A stretch of DNA of 64,000 bases from Thermodesulfobacteriota bacterium (lineage in GTDB: Bacteria; Desulfobacterota_D; UBA1144; Nemesobacterales; Mycalebacteriaceae). The notes beneath the pieces were generated by a model. It made no database searches. It saw nothing but the letters and a program-made list of their open reading frames with translations, and was not told the DNA's origin. Both the position numbers and the translations under genes were made by a program. This document shows positions 22,573 through 32,324 of the stretch, one piece after another (the first letter of the stretch is position 1; each line of letters starts with the position of its first letter). The stretch spans positions 640,001 to 704,000 of the forward strand of contig OZ242184.1 of assembly GCA_965205855.1 (NCBI GenBank), written 5' to 3'.

Positions 22573-23607
22573 ATGTACAAAAAAAGATTGCACTTTTTCT
22601 TTTTGGCAATTGTTTTTGCTTTTCCGGTTCTTACCTTCGGGGAAGATTCATCTTCTCCGTTTGACGGAGCTTACTTCGGAATTGACAGCGCTTTTGTGTC
22701 AAGCAGGTCCGAAGGGCAGGTGGGACCGCTTAACGCTGCCACCAGCGTTCCTGTTCCGGCGGGAATGCTATCGGGAAGAATACCGGCGCCGGAATTGGAA
22801 GCACTAATAACGGGACTGCAAATGCAGGGACTTGTGCCACCGGCAGTAGACCCGGCAAATCCGGCGCCGAACCTGATTCTTCCTCTTCCGGTTTCGGCTT
22901 CATTCGGGCCGTTTCCGTTTGCAGGCACGGATAATCTTCCCGGAGGCTCGCTTTTTGCGGGTTATGGAAAAACTTTCGGCAAATTTTTCGTCGCGGGAGA
23001 ATTTGTCGGAAGTTACGGAAGTTACGACAATACGAATGCGTTTGGCAGCCCCAATTTTACTTCCGACATAGATATTACTCAGGGGCATTTTGGCATAATC
23101 TCACGTCTGGGTTTTCTGATTAGCAGAAACCTGCTCGCATACTCAACCCTCGGTTGGGGGCGCAGTTGGATTGAAGCGGAGGGAACGGTTCATACAATTT
23201 CCTTTTCCGGGCAGATACCAAATCCTACAGACCCTACGGGGCAAACTTTGATTCCGGTGAGCGCTAATGAACCTCTTAACCAGTCCATAAAAAGCGATCT
23301 TGTTTATGACGGTATTCAGTTTGGTATCGGGCTTGAATACGCTCTTGCCGACCTTGTTGAACGGCTGGACAACTTTTCCGTCCGTTTGGGGTATTCAAGA
23401 ATAGAGTATAGAAGGGAAAACTTTTCCTACAATGTTGGCGGTAACGGACCCCTGATGCTTACGGTCAACGCTCCTCTTGACCCCACTCCCGGGGCTGCCC
23501 CTGTGCCGTTAGATGTTACCGTTGAAGACAATAGCATACCAGCGCAAGTCAATCCCGGTGTGCATGTTGTTTCTCTGGGGGTTTCATACAGAATTGGAAG
23601 TTTCTAA
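22573..23607 (+). CDS. outer-membrane beta-barrel protein (Omp25/OmpA-TM-like) with Pro-rich loop insertions
   Basis: Signal peptide, PFDGAYFG, GGSLFAGYG, RLGFL..LAYSTLG, GIGLEYAL, terminal F. Confidence 0.7.
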   Translation: MYKKRLHFFFLAIVFAFPVLTFGEDSSSPFDGAYFGIDSAFVSSRSEGQVGPLNAATSVPVPAGMLSGRIPAPELEALITGLQMQGLVPPAVDPANPAPNLILPLPVSASFGPFPFAGTDNLPGGSLFAGYGKTFGKFFVAGEFVGSYGSYDNTNAFGSPNFTSDIDITQGHFGIISRLGFLISRNLLAYSTLGWGRSWIEAEGTVHTISFSGQIPNPTDPTGQTLIPVSANEPLNQSIKSDLVYDGIQFGIGLEYALADLVERLDNFSVRLGYSRIEYRRENFSYNVGGNGPLMLTVNAPLDPTPGAAPVPLDVTVEDNSIPAQVNPGVHVVSLGVSYRIGSF

Positions 23608-23650
23608 CCACAAGCTGAATGTAAAACCTCTGTTTTCGAGGGTTCGCACG

Positions 23651-24469
23651 TTGTTTGCCGCGGCTGCGTTTTCTCTGACAGCCGCTTTTGTGTCCGCATC
23701 CGGCGGTGCGCCCGAAGTTACCCTCGCAAGTATTTACAAAGGCGGCACTGATGTTTCCTCTTACCTTGTGAGCGAAAAACTGGACGGGGTTCGCGCCTAC
23801 TGGGACGGGGAAAAACTTGTTTCGCGCCGGGGGAATGTTTTTTTCCCTCCCGATTGGTTCACAAAGGGTTTTCCGTCCGAGCCGATGGACGGGGAGTTGT
23901 GGGTTGCCAGAAACAGTTTTGAGCGGACGGTTTCAATCGTCCGCCGCGGTGCTCCTCATAACGGGTGGAAAGATGTCAAATACATGGTTTTTGACCTTCC
24001 GGGACGCAAAGGCGGATTCCAAAAGCGGTTCAAGGTTTTGGAAAGGGTTATTGGCGCGGCGGGCAATTCGCGCCTGCGGGCTACCCGTCAGTTCAGAGTT
24101 TCCGGTGAAGCGGAGTTAATGCGCGAACTTGAGCGCGTAACCGCGTCTGGCGGGGAAGGGTTGATGCTTCATAAATCGGACGCTCCTCACAGAAGCGGCA
24201 GAAGCGGAGACTTACTGAAGCTCAAGAAATTTTACGATGCCGAGGCGGTTGTTGTGGCTCATAATCCGGGAAAGGGAAAATTTCACGCAATGATGGGAAG
24301 CGTAACGGTTGAGACGCCCGAAGGCGTCCGTTTCAGAATCGGCACAGGGTTTACCGATAAACAAAGAGCAAATCCTCCCGCAATTGGAAGCGTGATTACT
24401 TACAAATACAGAGGATTTACACGGAAAGGAAAGCCGAAGTTCGCGTCTTTCTGGCGTGTCAGGAATTAA
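23651..24469 (+). CDS. ATP-dependent DNA ligase, minimal Lig E type (start uncertain)
   Basis: SEKLDGVRAYWDG (KxDG motif), DGELW, GEGLML, LLKLK, OB fold FRIGTGFTD; hydrophobic N-terminal segment. Confidence 0.9.
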   Translation: MFAAAAFSLTAAFVSASGGAPEVTLASIYKGGTDVSSYLVSEKLDGVRAYWDGEKLVSRRGNVFFPPDWFTKGFPSEPMDGELWVARNSFERTVSIVRRGAPHNGWKDVKYMVFDLPGRKGGFQKRFKVLERVIGAAGNSRLRATRQFRVSGEAELMRELERVTASGGEGLMLHKSDAPHRSGRSGDLLKLKKFYDAEAVVVAHNPGKGKFHAMMGSVTVETPEGVRFRIGTGFTDKQRANPPAIGSVITYKYRGFTRKGKPKFASFWRVRN

Positions 24470-24486
24470 CGGGTAAACGCGCTTCC

Positions 24487-25647
24487 TTATTTCCCAAGCA
24501 AAGCGACAACGCAAGTGATTCCGTCCATCGCCGGTTGGGCTCCGCCCATTGTTTCTATCATTCCAACTTTCGCGTCCTTGACCTGCCTTTTGCCGGTTTC
24601 TCCTCTCAGCTGGCGGACAATTTCCGCGATTTGAAGAAGACCCGTTGCTCCGACCGGATGACCGCGGGAAAGCAATCCGCCTCCGGGATTAACGGCAACC
24701 TTGTCTCCGCCGACCCATGTGCTTTGTTCGTCAATCAAACGCGCGCCTTCGCCTTCCTTGCAGAAACCCAGAGCTTCGGTAACCATCATTTCGGCGATTG
24801 AAAAAGCGTCGTGGATTTCACACACATCCACATCATCGGGTCCCAGTCCCGACATTTCGTAGGCAAGGTTTGCGCTCCTTGTAACATTTTCCGAAGGCGC
24901 GCAGGTAAGACCCTTGGGACTTGAGTATTTGCCCGACTGCGACACGCAACCGAGAACTTTTATCGGGGCTTTGTTTTTCGCGAGTTTTTTCACCTGATCT
25001 CCGGAGCAAAGAACCGCTGCCGCCGCCGCATCTCCAACGGGGCAACACTGGTTGCGCGTGAGCGGGTCGGCTATAAGCGGAGAGTCCAGAACGCTCTCAA
25101 CCGTTTCTTCCTTACAAAACTGAGCGTCCGGATTCATTGTCGCGTGATGTCTGCTTTTTACCACAACTTTGGCAAGCTGCTCTTTTGTAACACCGTATTC
25201 GTCCATATATTTGCTTGCCCGCATCGCGTAAAGCGCGGGCATTCCCATTCCCATCGCGACCTCAATGTCATCTTCCTCAAGAGGGAGAGGGCCGCCCGAG
25301 AGAACCTTGCTCAGATTCTCAACTCCGAGAGCGAGCGCTATATCCTGTTGTCCGTAGGCGATTGTTCTCCATGCTTCCCAGAATGAAAGGGTTCCGCTTC
25401 CGCACGCACCCTCAACATTAATTGTCGGCTGTCCGACAAGTCCGATTTCTTTCATCGTTCTCTGCCCGACACCCATTCCCTGGTAGACATGTCCGCAAAA
25501 AACTATTTCAATCAAACGCGGGTGTATTTCCGCTTCCTGTATCGCTTTCCACGCGGCTTCTCTTCCGAGAATATGCGCCGCTTTGTCGGGAAATTTTCCG
25601 CAAGGCGTATTTCCGACTCCCAAAATATAGACATCTCTCAAAGACAT
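24487..25647 (-). CDS. thiolase-family protein (SCP2/lipid-transfer type)
   Basis: NVEGACGSG, CCPVGDAAAA, EIHDAF, VNPGGGLLSRGHPVGATG. Confidence 0.9.
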   Translation of the reverse strand: MSLRDVYILGVGNTPCGKFPDKAAHILGREAAWKAIQEAEIHPRLIEIVFCGHVYQGMGVGQRTMKEIGLVGQPTINVEGACGSGTLSFWEAWRTIAYGQQDIALALGVENLSKVLSGGPLPLEEDDIEVAMGMGMPALYAMRASKYMDEYGVTKEQLAKVVVKSRHHATMNPDAQFCKEETVESVLDSPLIADPLTRNQCCPVGDAAAAAVLCSGDQVKKLAKNKAPIKVLGCVSQSGKYSSPKGLTCAPSENVTRSANLAYEMSGLGPDDVDVCEIHDAFSIAEMMVTEALGFCKEGEGARLIDEQSTWVGGDKVAVNPGGGLLSRGHPVGATGLLQIAEIVRQLRGETGKRQVKDAKVGMIETMGGAQPAMDGITCVVALLGK

Positions 25648-25706
25648 AATCCACTCCCGTTCAGCGCTTGAATTGACGATTTTCGAACCGTCCGGCTGAG
25701 AGAACT

Positions 25707-25768
25707 AATATATGGAAACCGTATATGGGTGTCAATTCTTGACAACTCCTTAAGTTGCCAAGTAATAT
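25707..25768. promoter_or_regulatory. back-to-back divergent sigma70 promoters
   Basis: TGTCAA-TTC-TTGACA (25730-25744) gives a -35 on each strand; minus strand has TATATT after 17 nt, plus strand TAATAT after 18 nt. Confidence 0.5.
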
Positions 25769-25831
25769 GATTTCTGGCTGGCTTTTATTTTTGAAGCCGG
25801 CGAGAATTTCCAATAAGGGGGAAAATAAATT

Positions 25832-26863
25832 ATGGCCAGCAAACTAATACTGGACGATGTACCTGCGGCAAGCTCGGTACAAAATGTGAGCGCGCTTGAT
25901 GCCATTGGCACAAGACGTTCAATAAGGTGGTATGAGCCCAATGAGCCTGTTGAAAGATGGAAGATACAGGCGATGCTTGAGGCGGCAAGAGTCGCACCTT
26001 CGGCCGGAAACTTCAACGGACAAAGGGCGATTGTTGTTTACAGGGATGAAGACCCTGAGATTTGGGAGTTTATCTCGGACTGGAGCCAGATAACAACACA
26101 GATGGCTCCCGTTCTTATCTTCTGGTGTTATGACCTTGCGAACTACGATGTTCAGGGTCAGTCAATACACGACCTTATGAGGACGGGCGCTCTTGACAAG
26201 GCGCACGGATGGGAATACGACAGAGTTTCCAATCTCTTTCCTCTTCCGGGTCTGCTTCCTGATGCGGTTCTGCACAGGTTGGCCGCGATAGACCTTGGAA
26301 ACTCGCTACAGAACGCTATGATTGCGGCGACCGCTCTTGGTCTTGGCACCTGCCTTAACGGAGCGAGCGGCGGAGCGAGGAGAAACACCAAGCTAAAATT
26401 CGGCTTGCCGGACACTTATGTGTTCAGTTGGCTTATGACTGTCGGTGTTCCGGCTGAAAGCATGGACGGCGGCGGCGCGAGGTCAAGGCCTCCGTTTGAG
26501 AATATGTTTTTTGAGAAGAAGGTTGGACAGGGCTTCAAGAGAGACCCGAAAGCCACAAGTCTTCTTGAGGAGCTTAAACTGCTTCAGGATTACGGACCGC
26601 TTCCCGGAAGACTTGAGGAGCTCAACCGTCTTACCAAACGTTTCGGTCTTGGGGACGAAGCTCTTACGGACTGGAAGTTTGAGCCTTCACAGATGGACGA
26701 CCCCAAAGTGCTGAAGGACACAAGACTCATGTCTCTGAGCGCAGACGAGGTCATGGCATCCTCTCCGGGTGATATTCCCGTGGAATTTGAATTGAAGCCC
26801 ACGGTGAAGAGAGAGGTTCTTGACCAATACCGCAAGGATAAAGGAATCGGCGCCGCCGACTGA
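25832..26863 (+). CDS. nitroreductase-family flavoprotein with C-terminal extension
   Basis: RRSIRWY, AARVAPSAGN, IDLG..QNAMIAATALGLGTC. Confidence 0.88.
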   Translation: MASKLILDDVPAASSVQNVSALDAIGTRRSIRWYEPNEPVERWKIQAMLEAARVAPSAGNFNGQRAIVVYRDEDPEIWEFISDWSQITTQMAPVLIFWCYDLANYDVQGQSIHDLMRTGALDKAHGWEYDRVSNLFPLPGLLPDAVLHRLAAIDLGNSLQNAMIAATALGLGTCLNGASGGARRNTKLKFGLPDTYVFSWLMTVGVPAESMDGGGARSRPPFENMFFEKKVGQGFKRDPKATSLLEELKLLQDYGPLPGRLEELNRLTKRFGLGDEALTDWKFEPSQMDDPKVLKDTRLMSLSADEVMASSPGDIPVEFELKPTVKREVLDQYRKDKGIGAAD

Positions 26864-26901
26864 CTTTTTTCTTAAAAATAACTTCATGGAGGAATGAAAA
26901 A

Positions 26902-27099
26902 ATGGCTGAAATAACAATTAACATCCCTGACCCTATCTATAAGGTAATAGAGAAAAGGGCGAAGGATACAAACAATCCGAACGGTCCTCAGGGTGTGATT
27001 ATCGCTAACCTAGCTTTGCTTTTCGGCGCTTCTCAGTATCAGTCTGAGAAGTGGCTGAAAAACCAGACCGACGGCGACGATATGTCGCAGCCTTGGTAA
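26902..27099 (+). CDS. small hypothetical protein with RHH-like N-terminus
   Basis: SD GGAGG, MAEITINIPDPIYKVIEKRA; terminator follows. Confidence 0.7.
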   Translation: MAEITINIPDPIYKVIEKRAKDTNNPNGPQGVIIANLALLFGASQYQSEKWLKNQTDGDDMSQPW

Positions 27100-27119
27100 A
27101 ATTCGGGCGAAGACAAATT

Positions 27120-27156
27120 AAAAAAGGGGGAAGGTTGGTTCCTTCCCCCTTTTTTT
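27120..27156 (+). terminator. intrinsic terminator
   Basis: GGGGGAAGG-loop-CCTTCCCCC followed by a T run. Confidence 0.85.
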
Positions 27157-27185
27157 GCTTTTTTTAACGGAGGGATTTTAGGACA

Positions 27186-28037
27186 ATGGAACTTAACAGA
27201 GATTTTATCGGCAGAGATTTGGGAGTCCGTTCTCATATCGTAACTCAGGATGAGATAGACAAATATGCGGCAGCAATCGGCGGCGGCGGAAACTCCGCTT
27301 ATAAGCAAGGTGTTGCTCCGCCGTCTTTTCCGGTTATTTATGAACTGCCTTTTCTTGAGGAAATCTGGAGTGACCCCGAACTGAACGGCGGAGAGGAGCA
27401 GGCGAAAAAGAATGTTCTTATGCTGGTTCACGGCGACCAGAAAATGGTTTTTCATAAACCGCTCAAAGTCGGAAGCGAAGTTTCTTTTTCCGCCCGTGTG
27501 GTGGGAATTGAAGACAAAGGTTCGGGAGAGGTTCTCGCGCTCAAAACCGAAAGCAGGGCGGACGGAGATTTGATTTGCAAATCTGACTGGGGGCTTTTTG
27601 TTCGTGGAATCGGGAGCGGCAAAAGGCCTTCGCATCCCGCGGGCGCGAAAAAGCCGGCGGAAGCGGCTCCGCCACAACCCGTATTCAAAAGCGTTGTGGA
27701 AATTCCGGCGGACATAACGCCCCGTTATGCGAAAGCGTCAAACGACCACAACCCCATTCATCTTGACGGGGAAGTTGCGAAAAAAGCGGGGTTAAACGGC
27801 ATAGTTGTTCACGGGCTTTGCACGATGTCAACGGTTATGCAGAGCATCATAGACGGACACCTCGGCGGAGAGCCGGAAAGGTTGAAACAACTCGCCGTGC
27901 GTTTTTCCGCGCCGGTCTATCCCGGAGACACTCTTTGGGTTGAAGCGTTTGAAGCGGGGAGTTCCGCCGTGAAATTTGAAGTAACGCAAGAGGGCGGGGT
28001 GAAGGTGATTAAAGGCGGTTATGCGGAGTTTACTTGA
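27186..28037 (+). CDS. MaoC-family (R)-enoyl-CoA hydratase, double hot-dog fold
   Basis: LVHGDQ, EDKGSG, hydratase-2 motif YAKASNDHNPIHLD..AGLNG..VHGLCT, RFSAPVYPGD. Confidence 0.9.
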   Translation: MELNRDFIGRDLGVRSHIVTQDEIDKYAAAIGGGGNSAYKQGVAPPSFPVIYELPFLEEIWSDPELNGGEEQAKKNVLMLVHGDQKMVFHKPLKVGSEVSFSARVVGIEDKGSGEVLALKTESRADGDLICKSDWGLFVRGIGSGKRPSHPAGAKKPAEAAPPQPVFKSVVEIPADITPRYAKASNDHNPIHLDGEVAKKAGLNGIVVHGLCTMSTVMQSIIDGHLGGEPERLKQLAVRFSAPVYPGDTLWVEAFEAGSSAVKFEVTQEGGVKVIKGGYAEFT

Positions 28038-28107
28038 GGGTTAATTAAAGAAATTTCTGATTTTTTTCCGTCAAACTTTTAGGGTTCTGTTGATACACTT
28101 GGGGTTT

Positions 28108-28887
28108 CTACTGATACATAAGATCATTCAGTTTCCAGTATGCATCTGAGTTTTTTAAGTTCACATTTTCTTTAAAGTAGTCAAGCGCATTTTTACCTTC
28201 TTTAGAAACACGCCGTGGATTTGCGCCGTTTTGAATGAGAGCTATGATAACTTCAGGGTTATTGTTGAAATATGCCGCAATCATCAGAGCCGTCAAGCCG
28301 TTTTCCTTCCTTGTACTCACACTTGCCTTCACATTTGCGCCTTTTTGAATGAGAGCTGTGATAACTTCAGGGTTGTTGTTTCCATATGCCGCAATCATCA
28401 GAGCCGTCCAGTCGTTTTCCTCCCTTGTATTCACATTTGCGCCGTTTTGAATGAGAGTTGTGATAACTTCAGGGTTGTTGTTGTTAGATGCCGCAATCAT
28501 CAGAGCCGTCCAGTCGTTTTCATTCCTTGCGTTCACATTTGCGCCGTTTTGAATGAGAGTTGTGATAACTTCAGGGTTGTTGTTGTTAGATGCCGCAATC
28601 ATCAGAGCCGTCCAGCCGTCTTTATCCCTTGAATTCACATCTGCGCCTTTTTGAATGAGAGTTGTGATAACTTCAGGGTTATTGTTGTTAGATGCCGCAA
28701 ACATCAGAGCCGTCCAGCCGTTTTCCTCTCTTGCGTTCACATCTGCGCCGTTTTGAACTTCTCTCTCAATATCCGAGACTGTCGCAGTTTTCATAAATTC
28801 ATGGTCAAGAAATCTGTTTTCGGCATGCGCAATAGAGGAAAGCGCGCAGAAGGTAATTAAAATTACAGGCAAAAATATTTTTTTCAT
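28108..28887 (-). CDS. secreted ankyrin-repeat protein
   Basis: Sec signal peptide ending AHA; five 34-aa repeats GA(D/N)VN.R...(G/D)WTALM.AA..NNNPEVIT.LIQ. Confidence 0.95.
   Translation of the reverse strand: MKKIFLPVILITFCALSSIAHAENRFLDHEFMKTATVSDIEREVQNGADVNAREENGWTALMFAASNNNNPEVITTLIQKGADVNSRDKDGWTALMIAASNNNNPEVITTLIQNGANVNARNENDWTALMIAASNNNNPEVITTLIQNGANVNTREENDWTALMIAAYGNNNPEVITALIQKGANVKASVSTRKENGLTALMIAAYFNNNPEVIIALIQNGANPRRVSKEGKNALDYFKENVNLKNSDAYWKLNDLMYQ
28229..28749 (-). repeat. tandem 102-bp ankyrin-coding repeats (5 units)
   Basis: Near-identical DNA units; the last unit carries a 12-nt insertion. Confidence 0.92.
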
Positions 28888-28943
28888 TTTTTATTCTCCG
28901 TTATTCCCTTCGGTGGCAAAGAATTATAAGGCAAACGCCAAAT

Positions 28944-29951
28944 CTATTCCACAACCGCTGCCTTATAATCCTCAATATACATCTCCGCCATTTTTTTGAT
29001 TCCCCTGACCCGTTCAGACCTTAGCTCACGGCGTTTTTCCGCATCCTGCCAGAGGCGTTTTTCATAAGGCGTTTCAGGTGTTATTTGAGGAATTCCACAA
29101 GGTTTTCCTTTTTCATCCACTCTTACAAAAGACAGAAACGCCGTGCAAGTGTGATTGCTCTCTCCGGTTCGCGGGTTTTCGGAACTGATCTTTACGGCAG
29201 TCTCAAGCGAGGTTCTGCCCGTGTGAGTGATTCCCGCTTTCAAGGTGATGAACTCTCCCAGCCGTATCGGCGAAAAAAAGAACAGATTGTCCAGCGAGCC
29301 CGTTACAAGAGTGCCTTTTGAATGCCTCATTCCCACAAGCGCGGATGTCTCATCGGTGTATTTGAGCAGTTTTCCGGCGGACATAAAATCGCTGAAAAAT
29401 ATGTCTTCCGGCATAACGGCTCTTGAGGTCTCAAGTAGCAACCGCGTAACTTCGGTTTCATCCGCAATGTTGTCAATCTGCTGTTTTCTGATTTTGAGAT
29501 CGACAAGACGCTTCTCTTTTCGCTCCGCCGCTTTGTCGGAAACGGTTTTTTCCCTTATGTCCGCGGGAACAATTTTTTCCCCGACCGATCTCGGTTCTCC
29601 GGCTTTGTCAATCGCGACAAAAGCGAGGTGGGAAAGCGTTATGAACTTTTTCTCCCCGGTTTCGGGGCTTTCCGAATAAACCCTGACCGCCAACTCAAGA
29701 GAAGAAGTTCCTATAAATTCAACCCAGCTGTCCAGCGCGACAACGTCTCCCACCTTGACCGGATTCATAAAATCTATGTTGTCCGTTGCGGCGAGCACCG
29801 TAAGCCCCTTTGCGAGGCGCGTGGAGGTTATGTTCGCGGTTAACATTATCCAGTCCATCAACCTTCCTCCGTGCAAGGTGTTGTGCGAATTGGCATCTTG
29901 CTGAGAGACATAGCGGATGGCGCTGTTGAGAGTGTCTTTTATAGTGGGCAT
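28944..29951 (-). CDS. acyl-CoA thioesterase with two hot-dog domains
   Basis: DANSHNTLHGGRLM, F..PVKVGD, GTSSLE; second domain GRTSLE..FVRVDEKGKP. Confidence 0.9.
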   Translation of the reverse strand: MPTIKDTLNSAIRYVSQQDANSHNTLHGGRLMDWIMLTANITSTRLAKGLTVLAATDNIDFMNPVKVGDVVALDSWVEFIGTSSLELAVRVYSESPETGEKKFITLSHLAFVAIDKAGEPRSVGEKIVPADIREKTVSDKAAERKEKRLVDLKIRKQQIDNIADETEVTRLLLETSRAVMPEDIFFSDFMSAGKLLKYTDETSALVGMRHSKGTLVTGSLDNLFFFSPIRLGEFITLKAGITHTGRTSLETAVKISSENPRTGESNHTCTAFLSFVRVDEKGKPCGIPQITPETPYEKRLWQDAEKRRELRSERVRGIKKMAEMYIEDYKAAVVE

Positions 29952-30042
29952 TTCGGTTCTCCTTTTGCTTGCAGTTTGCGCAATCTATTTATAACATAAT
30001 GTCTTAAAGTCCCATTATTACCAGCCAGATGGATTTGTAACA

Positions 30043-31698
30043 TTGAATGCGTCAGTCGTAGCAGTTCTTGCCATTGTTCTCTTTTTACTCGGCTACCGTT
30101 TCTACTCGTCATTTCTCGCCCGTAAGGTTTTCAACATCTCCGATGAGGAGATAACCCCCGCCCATGAATTGGAAGACGGCATTGACTATGTTCCGGCTCC
30201 CAAAATGGTTCTGTTCGGACACCATTTCGCCTCAATCGCCGGAGCCGCGCCCATCATAGGACCAGCGATTGCGGTTTTCTGGGGCTGGGTTCCGGCCGTT
30301 CTGTGGGTTGTGTTTGGCACAATTTTCATGGGAGCCGTTCACGATTTCAGCGCTCTTGTGATATCCGCGAGGAACAAGGGCAAGTCTGTCGGGAATATTG
30401 CCGGAGATTTGATTACGCCGCGGGTGCGGACGCTTTTTCTTGTGATTGTCTATTTCCTTATCTTTTTTATAATGGCGGTTTTCGCATACGCGATAGCGGT
30501 TCTGTTTGTGAACTTCCCGTCAAGCGTTCTTCCCGTGAACTTCCAGATTGCAGTCGCGCTTGTTCTCGGATTTATGTTCTACCGCAAAAAAATGCCGATA
30601 ACCGTCCCGACACTTGTCGCTTTGGGGCTACTTGCCGCCGCCGTCTGGGCGGGAACCAAATTCGGTATAACGGTGCCGCCGGTCATGGGCTCTGAGGCGG
30701 CGACATGGGTTGTCATCCTTTTCATATATTCCTTTGTGGCTTCGGTGTTGCCGGTCTGGACTTTGTTGCAGCCCAGAGATTATATCAACAGTTATATGCT
30801 TATTATCGGGCTCGGTCTTCTTGTTGTCGGGCTTTTTGTTTCAAATCTTGAAATTTCCGCACCGGCTTTCAACATGAATTTGGATTCGGATGGAGTGCCG
30901 TTGTTGCCGTTTCTGTTTGTTACAATCGCCTGCGGAGCGGTAAGCGGATTTCACGCGCTTGTTTCAAGCGGAACAACGTCCAAGCAGATTGACAAAATGA
31001 CTCACTGCCGCCCGATTGGTTACGGCTGTATGCTCGGTGAGGGAACGCTTGCGATTATCGCCGTGCTTGCCGTAACCGCAGGTGTGGGGGGATATACCGA
31101 ATGGGCTGAGAGATACGCCACATGGGAAGGCGCGAACAACGGAGGGATTTCAAACTTTGTTTTCGGCGCCTCCGCGTTGCTGGGCGGAATACGCGTGCCT
31201 CAAGAACTCGCGGCGACAGTAATTAGCGTTATGGTTATCAGTTTCGCCTCCACTTCCCTTGATACCGGCACCCGGATACAGCGTCTTATAGTCAGCGAGC
31301 TTGCATCCGCCTACAAGGTTGATTTTCTCAAAAACAGATACGTGGCCACGGCGTTTGCGGTTGTTCCCGCGCTTTTTCTGGCACTGGCCGCCGAAGCGCC
31401 CGGCAAGGGGCCGGGGTCGGGCGGTTTTATTCTCTGGCCGCTTTTCGGCGCGACAAATCAGTTGATTGCCGGCTTTACTCTTCTTGTCGCGACCGTGTAT
31501 CTGTGGAAAACAAAAAGATCCTATGTCTACACGCTTGTTCCGATGGCGGTGGTTATTGTTGTTTCTGTTTTATCGGTTTTTCTGAATATTTTTTACCAGC
31601 ATCAGGGCAACCTTCTGCTGCAGGGGCTTTCAACCTGCATATTGTTCCTTGCTATGTGGTTGATTTTTGAGGCAGTTTCTTTCGTGAGGAGAGGTTAA
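30043..31698 (+). CDS. cstA: carbon starvation protein A family transporter
   Basis: DGIDYVP, FGHHFASIAGAAPIIGP, LLQPRDY, TIACGAVSGFH, WPLFGATNQL. Confidence 0.95.
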   Translation: MNASVVAVLAIVLFLLGYRFYSSFLARKVFNISDEEITPAHELEDGIDYVPAPKMVLFGHHFASIAGAAPIIGPAIAVFWGWVPAVLWVVFGTIFMGAVHDFSALVISARNKGKSVGNIAGDLITPRVRTLFLVIVYFLIFFIMAVFAYAIAVLFVNFPSSVLPVNFQIAVALVLGFMFYRKKMPITVPTLVALGLLAAAVWAGTKFGITVPPVMGSEAATWVVILFIYSFVASVLPVWTLLQPRDYINSYMLIIGLGLLVVGLFVSNLEISAPAFNMNLDSDGVPLLPFLFVTIACGAVSGFHALVSSGTTSKQIDKMTHCRPIGYGCMLGEGTLAIIAVLAVTAGVGGYTEWAERYATWEGANNGGISNFVFGASALLGGIRVPQELAATVISVMVISFASTSLDTGTRIQRLIVSELASAYKVDFLKNRYVATAFAVVPALFLALAAEAPGKGPGSGGFILWPLFGATNQLIAGFTLLVATVYLWKTKRSYVYTLVPMAVVIVVSVLSVFLNIFYQHQGNLLLQGLSTCILFLAMWLIFEAVSFVRRG

Positions 31699-32318
31699 AT
31701 TTCTTTTTTCTCCACAATTGCGTTTCTTATCGTTGTCTGGTCCAAGTGCTCAATGTCGCTTCCGGCGGGAACTCCCTGGGAAAGCCGGTAGATTTTTATT
31801 CCGAATTTGTCCGCGCGTTTTTTCAGTATATCAGCTATAAAATTGCATGTCGCAACACTTTCAACGCGGGAGCTTGTCGCCAGTATTACCTCTTTTACTC
31901 TCTTGTCCGTTTGCAGGCGTTTTATGAACTCGCGCAGTTTTAAATCCCCGGGTCCGATACCGTCAATCGGCGATATGAATCCGTGCAAAACATGGTAGAC
32001 GCCTTTGTATCCGCCGCTTTTTTCTATCGCGATAAGATCAAGGGGTTGTTCAACAACGCAAACGGTTGAAAAATCTCTTCTCGCGTCGTGGCATATCGCG
32101 CATTTGCCTCCCGATGAAAAATGAAAACAGACTTCACAGGCGGAAATTCCTTTCCGCGCGAGCGCGATGGACTCCGAAAGCCGGGACGCCTTTTCCCTTG
32201 AAGCCTTAAAAACTATGTGAAAAGCGAGTCGTGTGGCGTTTTTTTCGCCGATTCCCGGCAGTGAAGCGAGTTCACTGACGAGGTTTTTCATCTCTGCGGG
32301 CAGTCCGGAACCGTTCAT
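31695..32318 (-). CDS. recR: recombination protein RecR
   Basis: LPGIGEKNA HhH, C4 zinc finger, CVVEQP, YHVLHG.ISP.DGIGP Toprim. Confidence 0.96.
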   Translation of the reverse strand: MNGSGLPAEMKNLVSELASLPGIGEKNATRLAFHIVFKASREKASRLSESIALARKGISACEVCFHFSSGGKCAICHDARRDFSTVCVVEQPLDLIAIEKSGGYKGVYHVLHGFISPIDGIGPGDLKLREFIKRLQTDKRVKEVILATSSRVESVATCNFIADILKKRADKFGIKIYRLSQGVPAGSDIEHLDQTTIRNAIVEKKEI

Positions 32319-32324
32319 TTTATA

